From positions 3,636 through 67,635 of the forward strand of contig JAGVJK010000007.1 in the NCBI GenBank assembly GCA_020051155.1: a stretch of 64,000 bases of DNA, given 5' to 3'. Below are positions 18,511-27,827 of this stretch, piece by piece. Origin of the DNA: Gammaproteobacteria bacterium. GTDB taxonomy: Bacteria; Pseudomonadota; Gammaproteobacteria; UBA1113. The translations under genes and the position numbers were made by a program. The notes below the pieces were generated by a model that did not search any database, was not told where the DNA came from, and saw only the letters and a program-made list of their open reading frames with translations. Numbering within the stretch: the stretch's first letter is position 1; every line of letters begins with the position of its first letter.

Positions 18511-18680
18511 AGTTGGTGCTCAATATGTGTTTTTATCGTGCGTTTTTAGCGTATATAAGGTGACGCTGCGAGCAGTATAAACGCAGCCATTGGGTTGCGT
18601 CGAATTAATTCTGCATCTTAGTTGCCCTGGAGAGCGGATTTTAGGATAATGCGTCACAGTTTTAGCAAAGAGTTATACCC

Positions 18681-19475
18681 ATGAAACGTTTTCTGATTCT
18701 CATAAGCCTGTTATCAGTGATCCTCTTATCTGCTTGTTCGGGCAAGGAAGCTAGTTTAGCTGATTTATATAAAGGCCAGTCAGCGCAACAGATTTTTCAT
18801 AAGGCTGAAGTGAACTTAGCCAGTGGCAGTTATAAGAGTGCGGTCGAGCAGTTAGAAGCCTTGGATACACTTTACCCCTTCAGTGAGAATGAAGAGCAAG
18901 CGCAGTTAGATATTATTTATGCTTATTTTCAAGCGGAAGATTATGCCTCTTCTGCAGCAGCGGCGGCTCGTTATATTCATTTGTATCCACGTAGTGATCG
19001 CGTGGATTATGCTTATTACATGAAGGGCATGGCGCATTTTACAGAAAACCGCGGTTTTTCAGCCAGATATTTTAATATTGATTTTTCACAACGAGATTTA
19101 GCATCTCCAAAGCAAGCCTATGATGATTTTTCAGATTTAATTGAACGATTCCCTGATAGCCAATATGTACCCAACGCTCGCAGCAGGATGGTTTATTTGC
19201 GTAATTTAATGGCAAATTATGAATTAAATATCGCGCAATATTATTTCAAGCATGATGCCTATCTAGCGGCTATTAACCGTGCAGATAACATTTTGCAGCA
19301 CTACCAACAATCACCAGCAGTGGTGCCAGCCTTAGGTATTATTTCTGAAAGTTATTATAAATTGAAACTTTATGAATTGTCGGATAAAACCTTGCAGGTA
19401 TTGGCAATTAATTATCCTAACTCGGATGTTTACAAACAAATTAAAAAAACGCGGCCAGAAGCGCCGCATTCTTGA
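18681..19475 (+). CDS. bamD: outer membrane protein assembly factor BamD (YfiO)
   Basis: ORF track, 264 aa. Lipobox LLSAC. TPR-like repeats. Conserved bamD/rluD divergent pair. Confidence 0.85.
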   Translation: MKRFLILISLLSVILLSACSGKEASLADLYKGQSAQQIFHKAEVNLASGSYKSAVEQLEALDTLYPFSENEEQAQLDIIYAYFQAEDYASSAAAAARYIHLYPRSDRVDYAYYMKGMAHFTENRGFSARYFNIDFSQRDLASPKQAYDDFSDLIERFPDSQYVPNARSRMVYLRNLMANYELNIAQYYFKHDAYLAAINRADNILQHYQQSPAVVPALGIISESYYKLKLYELSDKTLQVLAINYPNSDVYKQIKKTRPEAPHS

Positions 19476-19498
19476 GGAAAAAGAGAGAGTTAGAGTAG

Positions 19499-19560
19499 GG
19501 GCTGTTGACAATTCGCTAGTTTGCCCAAGATAGTAAAATTGTCAACAGCCCTTAAGTTTC
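19499..19560 (+). terminator. long-stem hairpin terminator after bamD
   Basis: 15-bp perfect stem gggctgttgacaatt (19499-19513) / aattgtcaacagccc (19537-19551), followed by ttaagtttctt. Confidence 0.55.
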
Positions 19561-19695
19561 TTATTGATTTTAAAGGTTAATTCATCCTTGTTTCGGGAGT
19601 TACCTTGCGTAACCCACAACTGTGACTTAAGCTTATTGTTAGTCAGGACATAGCTCCTGGTTTAAGCATAGTGTCAATTTTAAAGCAAGAAGGAA

Positions 19696-20088
19696 ATGAT
19701 GATGAAGAATATATTGATAACTCTAGCCATTGCTTCAACTCTTTCTATGGGTTCAGCATTAGCGGCAGATACCATGACAACGTCCACGACCAGCACATTG
19801 CCAATGCCAGCGACATCGCCAGCGGGAACTAGTGCTACGACCACCACTAATAGTGCAATGCCAGCGGCCACCCAAGGCCAACCAGCGCCATGCCCATCAA
19901 CAACGACAACGACGAACTCTGGGGCCGCTAGCAGCAATGCAACAACGCCTTCCAGCTCGACGACAATGTCAACAACACCTAATACAACAACGACGACCAC
20001 TAGCACTACAGATGGCAGCTCTTCCACTAATGTGGATAGCTCCACAAGTGCTCCTGCTCCAACGTCTGATGACGACAGTGACGATTAA
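19696..20088 (+). CDS. secreted Thr/Ser/Pro-rich low-complexity protein with acidic C-terminus
   Basis: ORF track, 130 aa. aaggaa SD. Signal peptide MMMKNILITLAIASTLSMGSALA. The rest is T/S/P/A/N-rich (TTTTTTSTT) and ends SDDDSDD. Antisense and out-of-frame ORFs here are low-complexity artefacts. Confidence 0.6.
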   Translation: MMMKNILITLAIASTLSMGSALAADTMTTSTTSTLPMPATSPAGTSATTTTNSAMPAATQGQPAPCPSTTTTTNSGAASSNATTPSSSTTMSTTPNTTTTTTSTTDGSSSTNVDSSTSAPAPTSDDDSDD

Positions 20089-20119
20089 TCGTTACGTCGG
20101 ATGAGTCTTCGGATTCAAA

Positions 20120-20312
20120 TGAGGAGGGATCATATTTATCCCTCTCAAGATGCGAAGCATCTTGAAGTGCTCCACCAGGATGGGGAGTTATTAGAGGGGA
20201 GAGATCTCCCCTCTAATTGCAAGCCCGGATTCCCCGGGTGCAGCATCTAATAAAAAGATATACCGCTCTTATCAATGTCAAAAGTCGCATTTTTATCGAT
20301 GAGCGGTATAGC
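20120..20312. repeat. composite multi-hairpin repeat, family 3, copy A (reverse orientation)
   Basis: Shares with 24288-24401 and 30759-30931 these modules: ataccgctc...gagcggtat hairpin, ttattagatgctgc.cccgg.gaa.ccgggcttgca, gggga..tcccc hairpin, and caagatgc..gcatcttg hairpin. Confidence 0.8.
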
Positions 20313-20334
20313 TCTCCTTAGTTTTATAAGTGCC

Positions 20335-21396
20335 CTAAAAAACCTGTCGCATCGCTGTTTTTGCTAATTCTAGAGTTTCATTGGCAATGGCATTGGCCCG
20401 TTGATTACCTTCTTGTAATACTGAGCGCACATAGTCCATATCTTTTTCTAGTAATAATCGCTTTTGTCGCATGGGCTCAATCAAAGCGACTAGCACATCT
20501 ACTAAACGTTTTTTGCACTCCACATCGCCGATTTCTCCATTACGATAACGGTTTTCAGCTTCACTAACCCAAGCTTTGTCTGGGTTAAAGGCTTCGTGGT
20601 AAACCCATAATGGATTATTTTCCACACGCCCTTTATCCGTTGGTTTTAAGCGTTGTGGATCGGTATACATACCCATGACTTTTTTGCGCACGGTATCGGG
20701 GTCATCGCTGAGCAAAATAGCATTATTCAAAGATTTGCTCATTTTTAATAATTGCCCTTGCTCATTGGGGCCGCCAGTGCCGATGAGTCGCTTAACACGC
20801 CCGATCATAGGGGAAATGATGGGAAATAGGCCACCTGCGGCTAAGTGTTCTTCATCCGCAAGGTGGGAGCTAATGTCACAATAAAGATGGTTAAAGCGTC
20901 GTGCAACTTCACGGGTCATTTCCAAGTGTGGGATTTGATCTTCACCCACAGGCACCACTTGCGGCCGAAAGGCTAAAATATCAGCCACCTGACCAACGGC
21001 GTACAGTAAAAAACCAAAGGGATAGTTATCACCGAGTTGTTTATCGCGAATTTCATCTTTGATAGTAGGGTTGCGCATGACACGTGGATAGGGAAGTAAC
21101 ATACTGAAAAAAAAGCACAATTCAGAAATAGCTGGCACTTCAGATTGAATAAAGATAGTACTTTTTTGGGGGTCAATGCCCGCGCTGAGGTAATCGATAG
21201 CGATATCTATAGTATGTTGACGAATTTCCTCGGGCTTATCCATGCGCGTGGTGAAGGCATGCATATTCGCTAAAATGAAAAAACAATCATACTCATCTTG
21301 CAAATGGACGCGATTTTCCAAGGAACCGACCCAATGCCCTAGATGCAATTTTCCAGTGGGCGTATCGCCGGTTAATAAACGTGGTTTTGTCGTCAT
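20335..21396 (-). CDS. trpS: tryptophan--tRNA ligase
   Basis: ORF track, 353 aa. Class I motifs TPTGKLHLGH and KMSKS. TrpRS-sized. Confidence 0.8.
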   Translation of the reverse strand: MTTKPRLLTGDTPTGKLHLGHWVGSLENRVHLQDEYDCFFILANMHAFTTRMDKPEEIRQHTIDIAIDYLSAGIDPQKSTIFIQSEVPAISELCFFFSMLLPYPRVMRNPTIKDEIRDKQLGDNYPFGFLLYAVGQVADILAFRPQVVPVGEDQIPHLEMTREVARRFNHLYCDISSHLADEEHLAAGGLFPIISPMIGRVKRLIGTGGPNEQGQLLKMSKSLNNAILLSDDPDTVRKKVMGMYTDPQRLKPTDKGRVENNPLWVYHEAFNPDKAWVSEAENRYRNGEIGDVECKKRLVDVLVALIEPMRQKRLLLEKDMDYVRSVLQEGNQRANAIANETLELAKTAMRQVF

Positions 21397-21513
21397 GATG
21401 GAACCTATTAAAAAAATCAGACAGTATCACAGCAAATCCATTGTATACAAGGGGACCTCTGATACAATAGCCGCCTAATATTGATACACAGCATCACAGA
21501 CCAGGAGAATACT

Positions 21514-22911
21514 ATGACTGTTTGTACTCGATTTGCCCCAAGCCCTACGGGTTATTTACATGTTGGCGGTGCTAGAACGGCACTTTATTGTTGGTTATAT
21601 GCCAAACGTCATCAAGGTAAATTTATTTTGCGGATCGAAGACACGGATTTGGAACGCTCCACCGATGAAGCAGTACAAGCGATTTTGGATGGCATGGCCT
21701 GGTTAGGTTTAGACGCCGATGAAGGTCCTTATTATCAAACACAACGATTTCCACGCTATCGAGAAGTCACAGAACAATTATTAGCATCAGGTCACGCCTA
21801 TCGTTGTTATTGTAGCAAAGAGCGTTTAGAAGAAATGCGCGAAGCCCAACAGACCAATAAAGAAAAACCCCGCTATGATCAACGTTGCCGAGAACTTAAT
21901 TTACCTCATCGAGAAGAACCTTACGTGATTCGATTTAGTAATCCAACGGATGGTGAGGTGGTGATTCCAGATTTAGTAATGGGCGACATTATTTTTCAAA
22001 ATACAGAATTGGATGATCTCATCATCGCACGCAGTGATGGCACACCTACCTATAATTTCACCGTTGTCGTCGATGATAAAGATATGGGCGTCACCCACGT
22101 GATTCGCGGCAGCGATCATATCAATAACACACCACGACAAATTAATATGTTGAAAGCCTTAGGCGCGACGTTACCGCTTTACGCACACATCCCTATGATA
22201 TTGGGCAGCGATGGCAAAAAATTATCGAAACGCCACGGCGCAGTGAGTGTGATGCAATTTCGCGATGAAGGTTTTTTACCGCAAGCTTTATTAAATTATT
22301 TAGTGCGATTAGGATGGTCTCACGGCGATCAAGAAATTTTTTCTTTACAAGAACTCTGTGAATTATTCGATGTTAAAGATGTCCATCGCTCTGCCGCAAC
22401 TTTTGATGATGAAAAACTATTATGGGTGAACCAACATTACTTAAAAACCTTACCTGCAACAGAAGTGGCGCAACATTTAGTTTGGCACTTCCAGCAACTA
22501 GGGATTGATGCAAACCAAGGCCCGACCTTAGAAGCAGTGGTTGACGCATTAAAAGAGCGAGTGAAAACGCTAAAAGAAATGGCAGAGAAAGCACAAGTGT
22601 TTTATCAACCCTTGTCAGGATATGATGAAACAGCCGCCCAGAAATTTTTGACCGCAACTATCGAGCCAGTGTTGCAATCAGCGTTACAACGCTTAACAGC
22701 TTTACCAGCCTGGGAACTTACAGCAATTCACCAAGCAATCCAAGATACCGTCGCAGAGTTTAATATAAAAATGCCAGCATTAGCACAACCTTTGCGAGTC
22801 GCTATCACAGGGAGCACCGTATCACCGTCAATCGATGTTACGCTGCATTTAACAGGAAAACAGCATACGTTGGAGCGAATCGCAGCAGCGATAGAATTTA
22901 TTAAAAGTTAA
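21514..22911 (+). CDS. gltX: glutamate--tRNA ligase
   Basis: ORF track 21481..22911. ATG at 21514 gives MTVCTRFAPSPTGYLHVGGARTALY, matching the GltX N-terminus. Also KLSKR. Confidence 0.95.
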   Translation: MTVCTRFAPSPTGYLHVGGARTALYCWLYAKRHQGKFILRIEDTDLERSTDEAVQAILDGMAWLGLDADEGPYYQTQRFPRYREVTEQLLASGHAYRCYCSKERLEEMREAQQTNKEKPRYDQRCRELNLPHREEPYVIRFSNPTDGEVVIPDLVMGDIIFQNTELDDLIIARSDGTPTYNFTVVVDDKDMGVTHVIRGSDHINNTPRQINMLKALGATLPLYAHIPMILGSDGKKLSKRHGAVSVMQFRDEGFLPQALLNYLVRLGWSHGDQEIFSLQELCELFDVKDVHRSAATFDDEKLLWVNQHYLKTLPATEVAQHLVWHFQQLGIDANQGPTLEAVVDALKERVKTLKEMAEKAQVFYQPLSGYDETAAQKFLTATIEPVLQSALQRLTALPAWELTAIHQAIQDTVAEFNIKMPALAQPLRVAITGSTVSPSIDVTLHLTGKQHTLERIAAAIEFIKS

Positions 22912-23042
22912 CAAAACATGGAGATTGAAACGCTAAAAGAGATCATTATTTCTAAAGCAGAAAATAAAATGAAAAAATAAATCTCTCTCCTCACCACTCC
23001 CAAATAGTTTTTTAAAAAAAACACACTCGCTAGCCTATTCTG

Positions 23043-23158
23043 CGCTACGAGGTTTGATTCAAACTCTGAGCAGCATGGATGCTGCGACGAAGCCCCCAGG
23101 GAAGGGTTCACGGCGTGTTTGAATCAAGCCTCGTAGCGCAGAATAGGCGTTACGCTCG
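23043..23158. repeat. 116-bp palindromic element (32-bp arms, 1 mismatch, 52-nt loop)
   Basis: gcctattctgcgctacgaggtttgattcaaac (23043-23074) pairs with gtttgaatcaagcctcgtagcgcagaataggc (23127-23158). Confidence 0.75.
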
Positions 23159-23221
23159 ATCCTTTTATCAAAAACACCACAAAATACCAACATAGCAACA
23201 AAAAAAACTACCCCATACCGC

Positions 23222-23249
23222 TTGACACAAATATTAGAGCTGGTATCAT
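23222..23249 (+). promoter_or_regulatory. sigma-70-type promoter for the tRNA-Ala/tRNA-Glu pair
   Basis: TTGACA (23222-27), 16 nt, TATCAT (23244-49). About 38 nt upstream of the tRNA-Ala 5' end. Confidence 0.55.
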
Positions 23250-23286
23250 CTCGCAACTCAAGGCAGCGTGCCTGGTCCCGATGAAT

Positions 23287-23359
<73 letters not shown>

Positions 23360-23429
23360 CAACCATGCAGGAGGTTGCCTAAGTAGCGATGTTGTTTACA
23401 AGCATCGGTGCAAGAAGAGAAAGTTATTG

Positions 23430-23505
23430 GTCCCCATCGTCTAGAGGCCTAGGACATTGCCCTTTCACGGCAGTAACAGGGGTTCGAATCCCCTTGGGGA
23501 CGCCA
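23430..23505 (+). tRNA. tRNA-Glu (anticodon UUC), CCA encoded
   Basis: GTCCCCA/TGGGGAC acceptor, anticodon loop CTTTCAC, T arm AGGGG-TTCGAAT-CCCCT, then GCCA. Confidence 0.9.
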
Positions 23506-23533
23506 TTGATCATTAACTTGAATCAACACACAA

Positions 23534-23556
23534 AAAGCGCAGATGAGCGCTTTCTC
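23534..23556 (+). terminator. intrinsic terminator after tRNA-Glu
   Basis: aaagcgc / gcgcttt stem with 6-nt loop, followed by a T-rich run (tttctcatt). Confidence 0.55.
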
Positions 23557-23797
23557 ATTCTAATCTATAGCAGCATAAAGCATCCATTCTCCTCGAATAA
23601 CCCATTGTAAAATCATTAATGGTCAAAGCAAAAATCAACGTTTTTAAAATCAGCCATCTGTAACTTATTGTTTTTAAAAACATTAAGGAAATATTATCAA
23701 TTGCAAAATTAAAAATCGCCACCTATAGTTGATTTGTGTGTACTAACTGAACAATTCAGTTAATTGTTTAACCGTCAAATAAAAAGAGAGGTTAGCG

Positions 23798-24229
23798 ATG
23801 AAAAAGCTAATAGCAGGTTTAGCAGCATCATGTTGCGGATTAATGATTAGTGCTAGTGCACTTGCGGAACCATTTCCTGATGGCACCGTGCAAGCAGGAT
23901 ACATGATTGAACACAATGGTTGGACCACATGTCCTCCAGCAATGGATGTCATTGGCACTAAAATCATTACTGATCCAGGGTATCCTTGGACTGTTGTACC
24001 AGTCAACTTTGAAAATTTGAAACGAGCCTCAACAGAGATTTCCTTTGTTGGTGCCGGCATGGATCGCAATGTGGCTAAATGTTTCTACAAAGTCAATAAT
24101 GATGTTGGCTCACCCGGTGTGGTGTTGATTGATAATCAACATTTCTTACAATTATCGCCTACTCCAGTATGCGATAGCTACGCAGATAATTGTGTCTTTT
24201 TTCCTAACCGCGTTGGGCTTTCTAAATAA
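23798..24229 (+). CDS. hypothetical small secreted protein
   Basis: ORF track, 143 aa. gagagg SD. Signal peptide MKKLIAGLAASCCGLMISASALA. Several Cys residues. No family recognised. Confidence 0.6.
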   Translation: MKKLIAGLAASCCGLMISASALAEPFPDGTVQAGYMIEHNGWTTCPPAMDVIGTKIITDPGYPWTVVPVNFENLKRASTEISFVGAGMDRNVAKCFYKVNNDVGSPGVVLIDNQHFLQLSPTPVCDSYADNCVFFPNRVGLSK

Positions 24230-24254
24230 ATGAGGTTGTGTTGTTTAGGCCTCA

Positions 24255-24293
24255 GGAGTCTCCGCTGGCGTGAGTTGCGGAGACTCTGTTTAT
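24255..24293 (+). terminator. hairpin terminator after the 23798 gene
   Basis: ggagtctccgc (24255-65) / gcggagactc (24277-86), followed by tgtttatt. Confidence 0.5.
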
Positions 24294-24401
24294 TAGATGC
24301 TGCGCCCGGGGAACCCGGGCTTGCACACAAGGGGGAGTTCTACTCCCCCTTGTGAATCCCCCATCCCAAAAGAGCACTTAAAGATGCTTTGCATCTTTAA
24401 G
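24288..24401. repeat. composite multi-hairpin repeat, family 3, copy B (lacks the ataccgctc module)
   Basis: gtttattagatgctgcgcccggggaacccgggcttgca...gggggag..ctccccc...cttaaagatgctttgcatctttaag. Collinear with copy C. Confidence 0.8.
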
Positions 24402-24413
24402 TGGGGGCTTACA

Positions 24414-24845
24414 TTATTTCAGCAGCAATTTTCTCAATCGCTCAAGATAAAGCTCATCATTAAAACCGGTCCCCTGTTGCAACATGTTCCATAGTAACGG
24501 TGAAAATACTTCTAAAATTTGATGCTGTGTTTCATGCTCATCATGAAAGGTGCGTAGCAATTGTTGGTAAACTTCGCGAAAACCTTCTGGTCTATCCAAT
24601 CGCAACTGTTCCAAAATAATTAAATGCACAGCTAAGTGAGCAAAGGGATTACTATCGCCCCATTCAGGATGAAAGTCTTTTTCCAGATTGCGTGTAGGTT
24701 GGTCCATCAAAGCATGGTATTCAGGATGCTCATGTAATAACGCAACAATGTCTTGTTCCACAGCCGTTAAAGGTTCATTTTCTTTATGTTTGCGCCATGC
24801 TTCAAAATAAATAGAGCGCATGTCTTGTCGGTCACCATACAACAT
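24414..24845 (-). CDS. DUF1841-like conserved hypothetical protein
   Basis: ORF track, 143 aa. The pattern FEAWRKHKENEPLT..E..I..L..HPEYHAL and NPFAHLAVHL matches my recollection of the ~140-aa DUF1841 family. Not verified. Confidence 0.5.
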   Translation of the reverse strand: MLYGDRQDMRSIYFEAWRKHKENEPLTAVEQDIVALLHEHPEYHALMDQPTRNLEKDFHPEWGDSNPFAHLAVHLIILEQLRLDRPEGFREVYQQLLRTFHDEHETQHQILEVFSPLLWNMLQQGTGFNDELYLERLRKLLLK

Positions 24846-24850
24846 AACGA

Positions 24851-25483
24851 CTACTCCGTTTTGTTAGGATATTCACAGAGATCGGAAATGACGCAGCTTC
24901 CACAGCGAGGTTTTCTCGCTAAGCACGTATAACGACCATGTAGAATAAGCCAGTGATGAGCATCCTTTAAAAACTCTGGAGGGACTGCTTTTAATAATGC
25001 ATGTTCCACTACCAACACATTTTCACCGGGCGCTAATCCTGTGCGATTGGCTACACGAAAAATGTGTGTATCTACGGCAATGGTGGGCTCGCCAAAAGCA
25101 GTGTTTAACACAACGTTTGCTGTTTTGCGTCCCACACCCGGTAATCGCTCTAAGGCTTCTCGATCATGAGGCACTTGTGAATCATGATGGTCTACCAATA
25201 ATTGGCAGAGCTGTATGATATGACGTGCTTTACTATTGTAAAGACCAATAGTCTTGATGTAGTCCTTTAATTTTTCTTCACCTAATTTGAGAATTGCTTT
25301 GGGTGTGTTAGCAACGGCAAATAAAGACTCCGTGGCTTTATTCACACTGACATCTGTAGCTTGTGCCGATAGCACTACCGCAAGCAATAATTCAAAAGGG
25401 CTATGATAAATTAGTTCCGTTGTGGGATGCGGATTTTCTCGTTGTAATCGTTTAAATAATTCGTAGCGTTGTTGTTTATTCAT
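24851..25483 (-). CDS. nth: endonuclease III
   Basis: ORF track 24851..25732. Internal ATG at 25483 ([24 protein letters not shown]) gives a ~210-aa Nth. Hh[18 protein letters not shown]-terminal 4Fe-4S cluster [17 protein letters not shown]. 8-nt overlap with the upstream rnfB-like gene. Confidence 0.9.
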   Translation of the reverse strand: MNKQQRYELFKRLQRENPHPTTELIYHSPFELLLAVVLSAQATDVSVNKATESLFAVANTPKAILKLGEEKLKDYIKTIGLYNSKARHIIQLCQLLVDHHDSQVPHDREALERLPGVGRKTANVVLNTAFGEPTIAVDTHIFRVANRTGLAPGENVLVVEHALLKAVPPEFLKDAHHWLILHGRYTCLARKPRCGSCVISDLCEYPNKTE

Positions 25484-26072
25484 TGGATTCTCGCGAAGAT
25501 CGTTTTTGGGCAGCGCGCGCAAGGGCCGCAGCGAGATAATCTTTTTTTGATATCTCTGCTGCGGTCGTCGGTATTGGTGTCGAAGGCTCGAGACGTGTTT
25601 GGCGTCGCTCATAATGCTGACGGGCTTTATCAGCTTTGCGTTGTGCTTCTGCTGGTGTATCTTCAAGGGCCAGCAAATCAATGCAATCCATAGGACATGG
25701 CTCAATGCACAGCCGACAGCCGGTACAATCATCGCTGATCACTGTATGCATGAGTTTCGCCGCACCGACGATTGCATCGACCGGACATACTTGAATGCAC
25801 TTGGTACAACCGATGCAGAGATCCTCTTGAATCACAGCAACTGTCGGTGGGCGAGTCGTTGCGGCCATGGTATCTATATAAGGTGTCACATCTTGTTGCA
25901 GTAATTCTCCTAGAGCTCTTAAAGTTTTGACGCCACCTGGTGGGCAACGCGTTAAAGCTTCGCCTTTTTCGGCAATGGCCGTTGCATAGGGGCGACAAGC
26001 GCCATAAGAGCATTCGCCACATTGCGTTTGTGGTAAGAGAGCGTCAATGCGATCGATGAGAGAATGGCTCAT
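25476..26072 (-). CDS. RnfB/RsxB-like 4Fe-4S ferredoxin-domain protein
   Basis: ORF track, 198 aa. N-terminal [12 protein letters not shown] cluster, then two CxxCxxCxxxCP motifs ([24 protein letters not shown]). Lies upstream of nth. Confidence 0.75.
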   Translation of the reverse strand: MSHSLIDRIDALLPQTQCGECSYGACRPYATAIAEKGEALTRCPPGGVKTLRALGELLQQDVTPYIDTMAATTRPPTVAVIQEDLCIGCTKCIQVCPVDAIVGAAKLMHTVISDDCTGCRLCIEPCPMDCIDLLALEDTPAEAQRKADKARQHYERRQTRLEPSTPIPTTAAEISKKDYLAAALARAAQKRSSRESNE

Positions 26073-26073
26073 A

Positions 26074-27741
26074 TTACTCCATCACTTGCCGGACGCCTTC
26101 ATGCTCAGTGCTATCTTGCATGGCGGTTATTTTTTCTGTCTCAATCCGTTGCATCAATGGCATAAAGGTTTTAATGGTGTGGTTGAGCAAGTAGGTTTGA
26201 CTATCACTCCATTGCAAAGGAGCAATGTTAAGAAAATCTTCCACCTTCATCGCTAAATTGGGTAACACAGGTTTTAAATAAAGAATAATCAAACGGAATA
26301 GATTTAAGCCGAGGCTGCAAACTTGATAAGCTTGTTCTTCCGTTTCTGGATTTTTAATGAGAACCCAAGGCTGTTGCTCAGCAATGTATTGATTAGCTTT
26401 ATCGGCAAATTCCATGAGTAAGCGAATTAAATGTGAGTATTGGCGCTGCTCATACAATTGTGCAATCTCTTCACTGGCATCACTCATACTTTTTAATAAT
26501 GGATGTGAAGGCAAGGAAGGCGCTAAGCGGTTATCAAATCGTTTATTGATAAATCCCGCACAGCGTGAGGCGATATTAATCACTTTGCCGATTAAATCGG
26601 CATTGTTACGCTGCACAAAATCTTCAAGATTCAAATCTAAATCATCAACGCGATGATTTAATTTAGCCGCAAAATAATAGCGTAAAAACTCTGGGTCTAA
26701 ATGTTGTAAATAATCTTGTGCACGAATAAAGGTGCCTCGAGATTTCGACATTTTTTTACCGTTCACTGTGAGATAACCATTAGCATAAACACCGGTTGGA
26801 ACTTTAAAGCCTGCACCTTTTAACGTGGCAGGAAAAAATAAACAGTGGAAATACACAATGTCTTTACCAATAAAATGGTATAGCTCGGTTGTACTCTGCT
26901 CAAGCCAATAATCATCGAACCGAATCTCAGGATGTTGCTGACAGTAATTTAAAAAGCTTGCAAGATAGCCGATAGGCGCATCGAGCCATACATAAAAATA
27001 TTTATCCACCTCTCCAGGAATAGGGAAACCAAAATAAGGTGCATCACGAGAAATATCCCAATCTTGCAACCCCGCATCAAACCATTCTAATAATTTATTA
27101 GCGACTTCTGGTTGTAAATGTCCCTGTGTGATCCATTCACGTAAAAAATCTTGATAGTGGCTTAATTTAAAAAATAAGTGTTCAGACTCCTTTTCTATGG
27201 GCGTAGCGCCGGATAAAACGGAAACCGGATTTTTTAGCTCCGTCGGTGAGTAAGTACCGCCGCAAACTTCACAACTATCACCGTATTGATCTAAAGCATC
27301 GCATTTGGGGCAGGTACCTTTGACATAACGATCGGGTAAAAACATATTTTTTACTGGGTCGAAGGCTTGTAAAATGATTTTACGTTCGATATCACCTCGT
27401 TGCAGTAATGCTTGATAAATTCTTTCTGCGAGTTGCTTATTTTCTGGGGAGTGTGTCGTGTAGAAATTATCAAAGGCAATATGAAATGCAGCAAAATCCT
27501 GTTGATGCTGTTGTCGCATGTCACTCACCAATTGTTCGGGAGACATGCCTAATTGCTCTGCTTTGATCATAATAGGAGTGCCATGAGCATCACTGCCGCA
27601 GATATAATGCACCATGTGTCCACGCATCCGTTGAAAACGTACCCAAATATCTGCTTGAATATATCCGACTAAATGGCCTAAATGAATGGGGCCATTGGCA
27701 TAGGGGAGGGCGTTCGTAACTAACATTTTTCGTTGTTTCAT
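26074..27741 (-). CDS. metG: methionine--tRNA ligase (short form)
   Basis: ORF track, 555 aa. [11 protein letters not shown], Zn knuckles CPKC..CEVCG, KMSKS. Confidence 0.95.
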   Translation of the reverse strand: MKQRKMLVTNALPYANGPIHLGHLVGYIQADIWVRFQRMRGHMVHYICGSDAHGTPIMIKAEQLGMSPEQLVSDMRQQHQQDFAAFHIAFDNFYTTHSPENKQLAERIYQALLQRGDIERKIILQAFDPVKNMFLPDRYVKGTCPKCDALDQYGDSCEVCGGTYSPTELKNPVSVLSGATPIEKESEHLFFKLSHYQDFLREWITQGHLQPEVANKLLEWFDAGLQDWDISRDAPYFGFPIPGEVDKYFYVWLDAPIGYLASFLNYCQQHPEIRFDDYWLEQSTTELYHFIGKDIVYFHCLFFPATLKGAGFKVPTGVYANGYLTVNGKKMSKSRGTFIRAQDYLQHLDPEFLRYYFAAKLNHRVDDLDLNLEDFVQRNNADLIGKVINIASRCAGFINKRFDNRLAPSLPSHPLLKSMSDASEEIAQLYEQRQYSHLIRLLMEFADKANQYIAEQQPWVLIKNPETEEQAYQVCSLGLNLFRLIILYLKPVLPNLAMKVEDFLNIAPLQWSDSQTYLLNHTIKTFMPLMQRIETEKITAMQDSTEHEGVRQVME

Positions 27742-27827
27742 ACTCGAGTTATATTCCTATTGAATTTGCTTGCTTGACTGTTTTCTAGGATAATCCAGGC
27801 GTTGCTTGACATCACCGGGGTTATTGT

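Noticed and set aside
19680-20104. ORFs 19680..20045 (-, Val-rich) and 19832..20104 (+, Gln/Arg-rich) overlapping the Thr-rich gene.
   Set aside because: These are low-complexity ACN/GTN codon runs that keep all frames open. Only the 19696 frame has an SD, an ATG and a signal peptide.
22918-22980. 20-codon ORF (MEIETLKEIIISKAENKMKK) right after the gltX stop.
   Set aside because: No SD, very short, AT-rich spacer, and nothing to support it as a leader or small protein.
23743-23762. 8-bp inverted repeat taactgaa-caa-ttcagtta about 40 nt upstream of the secreted-protein gene at 23798.
   Set aside because: It is short and AT-rich, so expected by chance in this spacer. It could be an operator, but there is no supporting evidence.
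24851-25732. Long N-terminal extensions in the ORF track for nth (to 25732), proS (to 45435), arsC (to 42376), the Nif3-like gene (from 11533), dcd (from 28870), tolR (from 59425), kdsC (to 2063) and the fmdB-like gene (from 45413).
   Set aside because: Internal start codons reproduce the conserved N-termini of these families and remove improbable overlaps with neighbouring genes. The extensions were treated as non-coding.
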